A stretch of DNA of 22,440 bases from Gemmatimonadota bacterium. GTDB taxonomy: Bacteria; Gemmatimonadota; Gemmatimonadetes; Gemmatimonadales; GWC2-71-9. Location of the stretch: assembly GCA_039586365.1 (NCBI GenBank), contig JBDHKN010000078.1, positions 1 to 22,440 on the forward strand, in the 5' to 3' direction. Below, piece after piece: positions 1-7,317 of this stretch. The position numbers and the translations under genes are program-made. How positions within the stretch are numbered: position 1 is the first letter of the stretch; each line of letters begins with the position of its first letter. The notes beneath the pieces were generated by a model. The model was not told the DNA's origin. It saw only the letters and a program-made list of their open reading frames with translations, and made no database searches.

Positions 1-2
1 AA

Positions 3-674
3 GACAGATTCGAGATCGAGGAAGACTCCACGATAGTCAGCACCACCGCGGACTGGAGCACCACAGCCAGGGTAATTCGCAGCCTGGGGAGCGAACATTG
101 GGCAGCCGGGACCGAGGTTTCAGCCACGAAATCGACCCGGTTCAACCAGGATCTCACCCTGCGAGCACGCGGCGCCCTAGAGTACAGCTTCTTCCCTTAT
201 TCCGAGTCTACCCGTCGCTCGTTGACCCTCTTGTACACTTTGGGCGTGGCCTCGTTCGACTACGAAGAGATCACGCTTTTTGCCGAGACTGAGGAAACTT
301 TGGCAGAGCAAGAACTGAGTCTCTCTCTGAGTGCCATCCAGCCATGGGGCACGGTCTTCGCGTCGGTCGAAGGATTCACGTTTCTTCATGACCTTTCAAT
401 GCATCGCATCGAGCTGTCAGGCAGGCTGAGCTTCCGCTTGTTGAGGGGGCTCGATCTCAACATGGGTGGCAGCGTTGCACGGATCAAGGATCAGATCTAC
501 CTGTCCGGTGCCGACATTCCCGAAGAGGACATCCTACTTCGACGACGGCAACTTGGAACCGATTTCAGACTCAACACGAATTTTTCGCTGAGCTACCGAT
601 TCGGCTCGATCTTCAACAACGTGGTGAACCCACGCATGGGCCGTGGGGGAGGGGGAGGAAGGTTCTTCTTTTAA
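3..674 (+). CDS. 5'-partial conserved hypothetical protein, probable outer-membrane beta-barrel
   Basis: The frame is open from base 3 (DRFEIEEDSTIVS...) through the listed 222..674 ORF to TAA 672-674, so the gene starts upstream of the window. It has alternating amphipathic beta-strand-like segments (RIELSGRLSFRL, LNTNFSLSYRFG) and ends ...GSIFNNVVNPRMGRGGGGGRFFF with a terminal Phe. Confidence 0.75.
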   Translation, partial: DRFEIEEDSTIVSTTADWSTTARVIRSLGSEHWAAGTEVSATKSTRFNQDLTLRARGALEYSFFPYSESTRRSLTLLYTLGVASFDYEEITLFAETEETLAEQELSLSLSAIQPWGTVFASVEGFTFLHDLSMHRIELSGRLSFRLLRGLDLNMGGSVARIKDQIYLSGADIPEEDILLRRRQLGTDFRLNTNFSLSYRFGSIFNNVVNPRMGRGGGGGRFFF

Positions 675-702
675 CGGGGAGCGGGGAGCAGCGAGCGGGC
701 GG
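675..702 (+). repeat. Short 7-bp-period G-rich tandem repeat
   Basis: cggggag cggggag cagcgag cgggcgg directly after the stop codon at 674. Confidence 0.55.
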
Positions 703-739
703 CCTAGTTCGTGGATGAAGGCAGCAGGAGCACAGGCCC

Positions 740-1702
740 GTGTCCGAGAATTCCAGCACGTTCAAACCGGCGTATCTGTCACTGCCCCGTGAGGAAATCC
801 ACAGGCGTGCCGAGCTTGCTGTAGCGTCGCTGGCGGAGTGCCGGGCGTGCCCGCGCGACTGTGGTGTGAACCGCTTGGAAAACAAGTGGGCTGCCTGCAA
901 GACCGGCCGCTATGCGCTGGTGACCAGCTGCTTCCCCCACCTTGGCGAAGAGGACTGCCTGCGTGGTTGGCACGGTTCGGGCACCATCTTCTTCGGTCAC
1001 TGCAACCTGCGCTGCGTTTTCTGCCAGAACTACGATATCAGTCAGGCAATCCGGCCCGGCACGGCCTTACCGGGATCGCCGCCAGGTGAGATCGCGCAGA
1101 TGATGCTGTCGCTCCAGAGTCGCGGTTGTCACAACATCAACTTCGTCACACCGGAACACGTCGTTCCTCAGGTAGTGGAGGCCGTGGCGGAGGCGATCGA
1201 GTTGGGCTTGAACATTCCAATCGTGTACAACACCAGCGCCTACGATTGTCTCAAGAGCATCTCGCTCCTGGACGGGATCGTCGACATCTACATGCCTGAC
1301 CTGAAGTACTGGTCCAAGGAAAGGAGCCGGCGCTACTTGATGGCTGAGGACTATCCGGCGGCCGCGCTCGCGGCAGTGCGCGAGATGCACCGGGAGGTCG
1401 GTTACTTGACGATGGATGCGGACGGACTGGCCACCCGCGGCGTTCTGATCCGCCACCTGGTCATGCCGGGCGCTCTGGATGAGACGAGATCACTGCTCAC
1501 CTGGATCGCCACCGAGCTGGGGCCCGACACTTACGTCAACTTGATGGACCAATATCGACCGGCGGGCAAGGTATCGGCGGTTAGGTATGCGGAAATAAAC
1601 CGCCCGGTATCGTCGGAGGAGTTCCGCGCAGCGTGGGAGATCGCCCAAGGTCTCGGACTGAGACTGGACTCGCGCCGCGAGTTGAGATTCATGCGGCTCT
1701 GA
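740..1702 (+). CDS. Radical SAM protein, PflX (pyruvate formate-lyase activating enzyme-like) family
   Basis: Radical SAM motif CNLRCVFC (CxxxCxxC), N-terminal CRACPRDCGVNR, and PHLGEEDCLRGWHGSGTIFF, GCHNINFVTP, DIYMPDLKY, IRHLVMPG, NLMDQYRP motifs typical of PflX. AGGAG RBS before the GTG start. Confidence 0.9.
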   Translation: MSENSSTFKPAYLSLPREEIHRRAELAVASLAECRACPRDCGVNRLENKWAACKTGRYALVTSCFPHLGEEDCLRGWHGSGTIFFGHCNLRCVFCQNYDISQAIRPGTALPGSPPGEIAQMMLSLQSRGCHNINFVTPEHVVPQVVEAVAEAIELGLNIPIVYNTSAYDCLKSISLLDGIVDIYMPDLKYWSKERSRRYLMAEDYPAAALAAVREMHREVGYLTMDADGLATRGVLIRHLVMPGALDETRSLLTWIATELGPDTYVNLMDQYRPAGKVSAVRYAEINRPVSSEEFRAAWEIAQGLGLRLDSRRELRFMRL

Positions 1703-1703
1703 C

Positions 1704-1751
1704 AAGGCGGGCGGGCGGCACGGTGGTAGGTGTGCCGCCGCTGACCGCCTT
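1704..1751. terminator. Hairpin between convergent genes, probable terminator
   Basis: aaggcgg 1704-1710 pairs with ccgcctt 1745-1751, and ggcggcac 1714-1721 pairs with gtgccgcc 1732-1739. There is no strong U-tract. Confidence 0.5.
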
Positions 1752-1773
1752 CTACCGCCTTGTACCGCGCTCT
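1744..1773. repeat. 10-bp-period tandem repeat, 3 copies
   Basis: accgccttct accgccttgt accgcgctct, immediately downstream (minus strand) of the stop at 1776. Confidence 0.6.
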
Positions 1774-1775
1774 AC

Positions 1776-2465
1776 TCAAGGATTCACCAGCTCCGCTTGC
1801 ACCGCCAGGATGAGCGTTGGCCCGCTCGAGCGCGATTGGGTGCTGCCCAGGACCACAGTCTGGCCCGTACGCACACTCACCGTCGTCTCGAGCAGCGGCC
1901 GCCCCGTGATATCCCACATCCCAACCTCCATCCGCACCGTGCTGCTGTCACCCACACCCCGAATGTCTTGTATGTGAGCTCTGATGCCGAATCTCCGGTC
2001 ACCTCCGGCCGCCTCTTGTTGTACCTCGCTGCCCTCCAATCCGCCCAGCACCGCCTCCGCCAGCAAGCGATAACCGCGGAACCTGAATAGGCTGCGCAGC
2101 GCGGATTCCACGTCGGCGATCGCCGAATCCGTCTGAGCCGCGCCGTCCGCCTCGATGATCTTGAAGCGCAGCTGCGCCATGGGTGACGGCTTGTCGTACT
2201 GCTCCAACACCCGCGCGATCTTATCCAGATTGTCAGGCGTCTCACGCACCGTGATGAGATTGCCGGCCAGGCTGATCATCCCCCGGTTACCCTCGGGCCT
2301 GTCTCCGTAGACGTAAGGCTCAATCATCTGCGCCGCCGTACCGCCCTCGAGGTACTGCAATTCGAAAGTCCTAGTGTCGAGCGACGGGCTACGAGTGCAA
2401 GACAAAAGGCCAACGGCGAGCGAAATCGCCGCTACTCGGCTCGCTATGTTCTGCATGCTAGTCAT
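1776..2465 (-). CDS. Lipoprotein with secretin N-terminal (NolW-like) domain, no full secretin barrel
   Basis: Signal peptide with lipobox-like LLSC. TRTFELQY...NLITVRETPDNLDKIARVLEQYDKP..AQLRFKIIEA resembles a secretin N-domain. The C-terminal LETTVSVRTGQTVVLG resembles a secretin core strand, but the protein is only 229 aa. The start overlaps the upstream stop and has a GGAG RBS. Confidence 0.7.
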   Translation of the reverse strand: MTSMQNIASRVAAISLAVGLLSCTRSPSLDTRTFELQYLEGGTAAQMIEPYVYGDRPEGNRGMISLAGNLITVRETPDNLDKIARVLEQYDKPSPMAQLRFKIIEADGAAQTDSAIADVESALRSLFRFRGYRLLAEAVLGGLEGSEVQQEAAGGDRRFGIRAHIQDIRGVGDSSTVRMEVGMWDITGRPLLETTVSVRTGQTVVLGSTQSRSSGPTLILAVQAELVNP

Positions 2466-2928
2466 CTCCCTTGTCGAAGAACCACACGACTACTACATCC
2501 GGCCGATCCTTGATGTCGAAAACCACGACGTCCTTCCCGAACGGCGCCTCCACATCAATGCCACTGACCGCAACGATGGGTCGACCCTGCCAACTCTCGC
2601 CGGGCAGATCCGGGCCGCCGCGTCCAGACAGCAGCAGCCCTGCAACTCCGGCCGCCGCTGCGACCGGTACTGCCGCCCACCAGCTGTGCTTCCGGCGCAC
2701 GGCAGCCGCTTTCACAGTCGCCGACTGCAGTGCCGCATCCACCGGTGTTCTGGGCTGCACACCTGCTAACTCCTTTGCAAGTGTTGACTGGGCTTGCAGT
2801 ATCCGAGCGGCCAGCGCGCGGCAGCTATCACACGCCTCCAGGTGCTCCGAAACCTCGGAAGCGACCATGCAGCTCAGCTCCGCAGCATCTGCTTCCAGCA
2901 ACAGCTCACGTGCGTCCGGACAGTTCAT
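2458..2928 (-). CDS. Zinc-finger (zf-HC2/ZAS) transmembrane anti-sigma factor
   Basis: MNC...HLEACDSC (C...HxxxCxxC) motif and a single TM segment (WWAAVPVAAAAGVAGLLL). ATGA overlap with the upstream sigma gene. Confidence 0.85.
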   Translation of the reverse strand: MNCPDARELLLEADAAELSCMVASEVSEHLEACDSCRALAARILQAQSTLAKELAGVQPRTPVDAALQSATVKAAAVRRKHSWWAAVPVAAAAGVAGLLLSGRGGPDLPGESWQGRPIVAVSGIDVEAPFGKDVVVFDIKDRPDVVVVWFFDKGDD

Positions 2929-3518
2929 TCGGTCAATCCCTCCACCAACTCTGGATGCCGCTCGAGAATCGCGCCCCTCAGAGCGCGACGGGCCTTACAC
3001 AGATTCGCCCGCACGGTGACGGCCTTCATTCCCAGCATTCTCCCGATCTCACTCGGCGAGAAGCCTTGCAGGTCAGCCAGATCGAACACCTCGCGCTGTC
3101 GTATAGGCAGTCCCTGGAAAAGAGTTCGAACCACTTCCGCTGCATGCGCACCATCGAGTTGTGTGATTCCGTCAGCGGCATCGCTATCAGCCACCGAGAC
3201 CTCACTCGCGCGACGCTTGAGCCGTGCCACCCTCCCCACCTTGCGTCCGTGCTGTAGTGCAGCATTCCGAGTAACCTGAAACAGCCAGCTGGAGAACCGG
3301 GCACGACCCGTGTACGTCTTGAGCTTGCGGTGCAACACCACCAACACCTCCTGGGTAACGTCATCCGCATCGTCCGGGTCACCGGTTTGCACCCAGGCCC
3401 AGCGGTAGATCTGTTGGTAGCAGTGGCGCACTAGACTCTCGAACGCCGTGCTATCTCCGCCTTGCGCCCGCTCTACGAGTGCTTCCACCTCTTGCAGTTG
3501 CGGGTCAGTCCGATTCAA
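2925..3518 (-). CDS. ECF RNA polymerase sigma-70 factor
   Basis: Region 2 (GDSTAFESLV, DADDVTQEV, FSSWLFQVTRN) and region 4 (LPIRQREVFDL..LQGFSPSEIGRMLGMKAVTVRANLCKARRALR). GGAG RBS before the TTG start. Confidence 0.93.
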   Translation of the reverse strand: MNRTDPQLQEVEALVERAQGGDSTAFESLVRHCYQQIYRWAWVQTGDPDDADDVTQEVLVVLHRKLKTYTGRARFSSWLFQVTRNAALQHGRKVGRVARLKRRASEVSVADSDAADGITQLDGAHAAEVVRTLFQGLPIRQREVFDLADLQGFSPSEIGRMLGMKAVTVRANLCKARRALRGAILERHPELVEGLTE

Positions 3519-3595
3519 CAGCGCTCCGAAGCATCCGTGATTGGCCTCCCAATAATGAGATGAGAGATGTAGCGACAGCGTTTACCACCCTCTTC

Positions 3596-3634
3596 TTGCG
3601 CCTCATCGCTCAGCGGTTAAGATCTCCCGCTGAG
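3596..3634 (+). promoter_or_regulatory. Putative sigma70 promoter of the symporter operon, overlapped by an inverted repeat
   Basis: TTGCGC 3596-3601, 16-bp spacer, TAAGAT 3618-3623. A perfect 8-bp inverted repeat (ctcagcgg 3609-3616 / ccgctgag 3627-3634) flanks the -10. Confidence 0.45.
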
Positions 3635-3663
3635 ACACCCCAAGTCCACCTGCTCAAATCGAA

Positions 3664-5577
3664 ATGGTCGATTTCACCGCATTAGACTGGTTCTGGGCCA
3701 GCGCATTCCTGTTGTTGATGGTGGGCGGTGCGGCCTTCTTCTACCGGCTGGCCCGGCGCTCTGAATCCGACTTCTTCTTGGCAGGCCGTGGCCTCCCCTG
3801 GTGGCTACCGGCATCCTCCGTGTTCAGCACCCATACGGCGACCGACACACCGATGTGGGTGACCGGGGTGATCTATGCCCACGGGCTGCGGGGCCTCTGG
3901 TACACGTTCTTCACGGCGTGGACGGCCATCGCATCGTTCGTCTCAGCCCGCATTTTTCGTCGTGCGCTCGCCTATACACAGGCGGAATGGCAGATCATGC
4001 GATTTGGCGGGTTGGGTGCCGAACTGCTCAGGGGTTGGATGGCCGGGTGGCAAGTGTTCATGAACATGTTCGTGCTCGGCTGGGTTGGGATCGCCATGGG
4101 CAAGGTGGGGAGCCTGGTGTTCGGCTGGCCCGTTTGGGTGGGTCTTGTGATTCCGAGCGCCATCACCGCCGTCTACACGTTGGGCGCCGGTTACTGGGGA
4201 GTCGTGATGGGCGACTTCCTGCAAGGGATAGTCGCCATCTTTGCCATAGTACTCGTCACCATCGTGGGTATGATGGCAGTAGGTGGTGCGGGTGAGATAT
4301 CGGCGCGCCTGATCGAGATGGGCGAGGCTTGGCGCCTCGACGTGTTCGCCTTCACGGGACTGTTCAGCGGCGACTTCCCCGCAGCCTGGTGGCTCACGAT
4401 GCTGGTGATCGCGGTGCTCGGCGGTTTCGGAATGGGCACCAGCATCGATTGGTACGTGGAGGCACAACGGATCCAGTCCGCCAAGACGGTGCGTGATGCC
4501 AGTTATGGGTTGTGGGTCGGGGGCGCGCTCACTCTGGTGCGGAACGGCTTCTGGGCTGCAGTGATCATCGCCTTTTTCGTGCTGGCGCCCAACTTGACTT
4601 CCGTCGCCGACTACGAGCTGGGTTGGTTTCGGATGGGGTTCGAGTTGTTGCCGGTGGGCATGGTAGGAGTATTCATGGGCGCGATCCTGGCAATCCACCT
4701 GTCGACAATATCCAGCCACTTGAATCTCGGCGCACTCTATTTCACCCGAGACCTGTACCAACGCTACATCAACCCCGCGGCCACAGAGCGAAGGCTGGTA
4801 TGGATTGGTCGCGCAGCGACATTCGTGCTGCTGCTGGGATCGTTCTTCTATGGGTTGATGATGGAAGAGATCACCGCTTGGCTGATCTTTGCTCTGTGGC
4901 TCATGATGGCAGGTATCTGGCTACCTAACATCCTGCAAGTCATCTGGTGGCGTTTCAACGCATGGGGTTACCTGGCGTCGTGGATGGCTAACCTGGGGGT
5001 GTCATGGTTGGTGGTCTGGATCCTCCCGGCCTTCGGCGTCTTCCCACCGCTTCCCGACTACGGACAGTTCTGGCTCCTGATGGCGTTGGGAGCTGTCGTG
5101 TTCCTACCAGCCACGTTGCTGACACCCCAGGAGAAGATGGACCACCTCGTTCGCTATTACGTTCAGACGCGCCCACTCGGCTGGTGGGGTCCGGTGCGAC
5201 GTGAAGCTGAACGGCGCGGGTTGATTACAGCTGAAGAGAAACCGCACTCGGTCGGCCGCCGGCCACTCATTCGCAGAAGCTGGACACCCGAAGATGCCGC
5301 TGGCTGGAGCCGGGAGGATTGGATCGCCATCGTGCTCTCACCAATCGTGTATGCTCTGATCATCATCGGTGTGGCACGGTTGCTACTCGCTCAATTGGAT
5401 GGCGCGATCATCACGCTGGCTGCATTTGCTGGGGCCTGGCTGCTCTATTGGGTCATCGATCCGAAACTGCGAGCAGTATCGGTCGAGTACGAAGAGAAAC
5501 AGGCAGGGTACCTCGAGGAGCTGGAACGTAGCGTTCGGTGGGATTCAGGTGTTCCCACACCGAGCACGAAGGAGTAG
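3664..5577 (+). CDS. Sodium:solute symporter (SSS/SLC5) family protein
   Basis: 637 aa with many TM segments. SSS motifs include DFFLAGRGLPWW, YTLGAGYWGVVMGDFLQ, EAQRIQSAK and STISSHLN..LYFTRDLY. There is an extra C-terminal 2-TM plus charged-helix region from about residue 534. Confidence 0.92.
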   Translation: MVDFTALDWFWASAFLLLMVGGAAFFYRLARRSESDFFLAGRGLPWWLPASSVFSTHTATDTPMWVTGVIYAHGLRGLWYTFFTAWTAIASFVSARIFRRALAYTQAEWQIMRFGGLGAELLRGWMAGWQVFMNMFVLGWVGIAMGKVGSLVFGWPVWVGLVIPSAITAVYTLGAGYWGVVMGDFLQGIVAIFAIVLVTIVGMMAVGGAGEISARLIEMGEAWRLDVFAFTGLFSGDFPAAWWLTMLVIAVLGGFGMGTSIDWYVEAQRIQSAKTVRDASYGLWVGGALTLVRNGFWAAVIIAFFVLAPNLTSVADYELGWFRMGFELLPVGMVGVFMGAILAIHLSTISSHLNLGALYFTRDLYQRYINPAATERRLVWIGRAATFVLLLGSFFYGLMMEEITAWLIFALWLMMAGIWLPNILQVIWWRFNAWGYLASWMANLGVSWLVVWILPAFGVFPPLPDYGQFWLLMALGAVVFLPATLLTPQEKMDHLVRYYVQTRPLGWWGPVRREAERRGLITAEEKPHSVGRRPLIRRSWTPEDAAGWSREDWIAIVLSPIVYALIIIGVARLLLAQLDGAIITLAAFAGAWLLYWVIDPKLRAVSVEYEEKQAGYLEELERSVRWDSGVPTPSTKE

Positions 5578-5581
5578 AAAC

Positions 5582-5713
5582 ATGGACCGCGGACTCGTCA
5601 CACTCGTCGGAATGACCATCGCCTACGTCGCCTCCTGCGCTGGTCTGGCGTTCGCCTATTGGGGCTGGAAGAAGCACTTGCAGCCCGATGCAGAGGAGAA
5701 AGAGGAGCAATGA
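5582..5713 (+). CDS. Small (43 aa) single-TM membrane protein
   Basis: MDRGLVTLVGMTIAYVASCAGLAFAYWGWKKHLQPDAEEKEEQ. The AAGGAG RBS overlaps the symporter stop, and the ATG is 4 nt after that stop. The track lists it only inside the over-extended 5369..5713 ORF. Confidence 0.8.
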   Translation: MDRGLVTLVGMTIAYVASCAGLAFAYWGWKKHLQPDAEEKEEQ

Positions 5714-5892
5714 AAGCGGCTTTCGGGTCAGTGCTGACAGCGGTCGTCCAGGCGAGGCAGCCCATTCCCCTGCCCGCTGAATCCCCCTTAGGCGGCCCCC
5801 TCTGGAGCTACGTGGTGCCGGCAGCACTCCTGACGCTCGCCAGCGTGGGAACGCTGTTACTCTACCGGCACTTTGCGCGACACAAAGACTGA
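5710..5892 (+). CDS. Small (60 aa) single-TM membrane protein
   Basis: MKAAFGSVLTAVVQARQPIPLPAESPLGGPLWSYVVPAALLTLASVGTLLLYRHFARHKD. GAGGAG RBS, ATGA overlap with the previous gene, and a C-terminal TM followed by basic residues. Confidence 0.75.
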   Translation: MKAAFGSVLTAVVQARQPIPLPAESPLGGPLWSYVVPAALLTLASVGTLLLYRHFARHKD

Positions 5893-5994
5893 TGCGGCGG
5901 CGCGCCGCACCCAGCTCGCCACCGTCTGCAATCACCTGGCCTACCGCCCCAAGCTTAGCAGGTTGACCCTGCGGAACGGCAGGACCACCAGACC

Positions 5995-6465
5995 TCAGAC
6001 CATCGGAGCCGAGAAGGTGATCTGCTTGGGTTTAACCAGCCGCTCGAAGTCCTTGAACGCGAGTTTGATCAACTCGGTATGCGAGCCAGCATTGAACGCT
6101 ATCTCGTCGTCCTCGGCTAGCTTCGCCGCCACGAAAACATCCATCCCGTACAGGTTGCCGAACGGAGGCATCGCCCCTACCTCACATTCGGGGAACAGGT
6201 CCTTGAACTCACCTTCGCTAGCCAGCTCCACGGTCTCGGCTCCGGTGGCCTGTTTCATCTTGTCGAAATCCACCTGTAACGACGCTGGCAACACGGCCAT
6301 GGCCATCTTGCCATCCAACTTGACCATTACCGTCTTGGCTAGCTCCTTGCCGGAGACGTGAGCGGAAGCTGCAATTGCCTGAGCGGTGTACGCGGGCGAG
6401 TGACTGATCGTCACGTACTTGATGTTGTTGCTGTTCAGGAAATCCCTGAGTTGCTTGACCGGCAT
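5995..6465 (-). CDS. YbaK/EbsC family aminoacyl-tRNA deacylase (trans-editing)
   Basis: [25 protein letters not shown] (GxxxP) and FNAGSHTE motifs. Strong AGGAGG RBS. Confidence 0.9.
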   Translation of the reverse strand: MPVKQLRDFLNSNNIKYVTISHSPAYTAQAIAASAHVSGKELAKTVMVKLDGKMAMAVLPASLQVDFDKMKQATGAETVELASEGEFKDLFPECEVGAMPPFGNLYGMDVFVAAKLAEDDEIAFNAGSHTELIKLAFKDFERLVKPKQITFSAPMV

Positions 6466-6594
6466 GGTGACCTCCTGTGTTTCCGTGGACTGAGCGGAGG
6501 CTGGCCCGCCCTTGTGAAATAGGGTGCGAGGCCCCCATTCCCATGCCTTAGACTACATCTCAGGGACGGGCAGCGCGAGAGGCACGCTGCACCG

Positions 6595-6623
6595 TTGCCT
6601 ATTTGTTGTACCCCGCCTACAAT
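6595..6623 (+). promoter_or_regulatory. Putative sigma70 promoter of the pseudogene at 6655
   Basis: TTGCCT 6595-6600, 17-bp spacer, TACAAT 6618-6623, followed by a GGAG RBS and GTG at 6655. Confidence 0.65.
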
Positions 6624-6654
6624 CTGTCCCTTCTGGAGACACTTGGAGACCACC

Positions 6655-6905
6655 GTGCTACGGACCACACTGATCACAGCTGCGCTGTGCATTGGGCATT
6701 GCATCCTGACGCAGCACAGCGGACAGGGCCGCACAGGGACCTCATTTCCGACCTGTTCACGTTCGGCGATTGCGGACAGCCATTATGTCTGGACGGCTCC
6801 ATAAACGCCGGAACCGGACATGGTGACCACTATTTGCCTGCCGTTGCATCCGGTAACCTGGCAATCATCTCGTTCATATCCGAGGCGACAGGCAAGAGTG
6901 TCGCT
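6655..6905 (+). pseudogene. N-terminal remnant of an exported (probably outer-membrane) protein, frameshifted and truncated
   Basis: GTG start with RBS gives signal-peptide-like MLRTTLITAALCIG...SGQG. After a frameshift near 6730 it reads RDLISDLFTFGDCGQPLCLDGSINAGTGHGDHYLPAVASGNLAIISFISEATGKSVA, then loses protein-like character. Confidence 0.65.
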
Positions 6906-6910
6906 CGCAC

Positions 6911-7039
6911 TGGCAACAGAGTCGTAACAGCCGCGAGAACATCGGCTCTTTCGACCTCGACCGCGATATCAACGGTCTGTAGCGAGCCGAGCCGGAAAAC
7001 CTCTTTATCGTGAAATTCACATACTGGCTGGGTTTGTAG
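6911..7039 (+). pseudogene. C-terminal remnant of a DUF5916-like outer-membrane protein
   Basis: A third frame reads WQQSRNSRENIGSFDLDRDINGL*RAEPENLFIVKFTYWLGL*, with an internal TAG at 6980-6982 and a terminal TAG at 7037-7039. This matches my recollection of the DUF5916 terminal pattern WQQxR...GxF...RD...PxNxFxVKxxYW. There is no start codon. Confidence 0.65.
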
Positions 7040-7317
7040 ACGGACATACGGAGCCGCCCAGACCAGTTGCATAACATGGACCAGCCGCAACTCCCAGGCC
7101 CGCCACCGAGACTGGAACCGGCACAGTGCAGCAGCGCTAGTTTGTTCCTTGAACCCACCTCACCACAACAGTACATTCGCGCCGTGGCAGGGCACTTGGG
7201 GAGCAACAATCAGTAGGTACCATTCCACGTTAGGGCCGTGACCTCGGCCATGCCCGTCACATATTCGAGACTCAGATAGAGAACCAGTTTGCCTGGCCAG
7301 GCTTGGATTGGACTGCT

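Noticed and set aside
6980..6982. In-frame TAG here and at 12780 as possible stop-codon recoding (pyrrolysine or alternative code)
   Set aside because: TAG terminates several intact genes in the window (5577, 9364, 9680, 19489). Both cases lie in frameshifted remnants, and no pyl genes are present.
6830..7090. Minus-strand 86-aa ORF with a TLLPV repeat
   Set aside because: It is the antisense shadow of the + strand pseudogene pieces, with no RBS. The repeat is the junction repeat.
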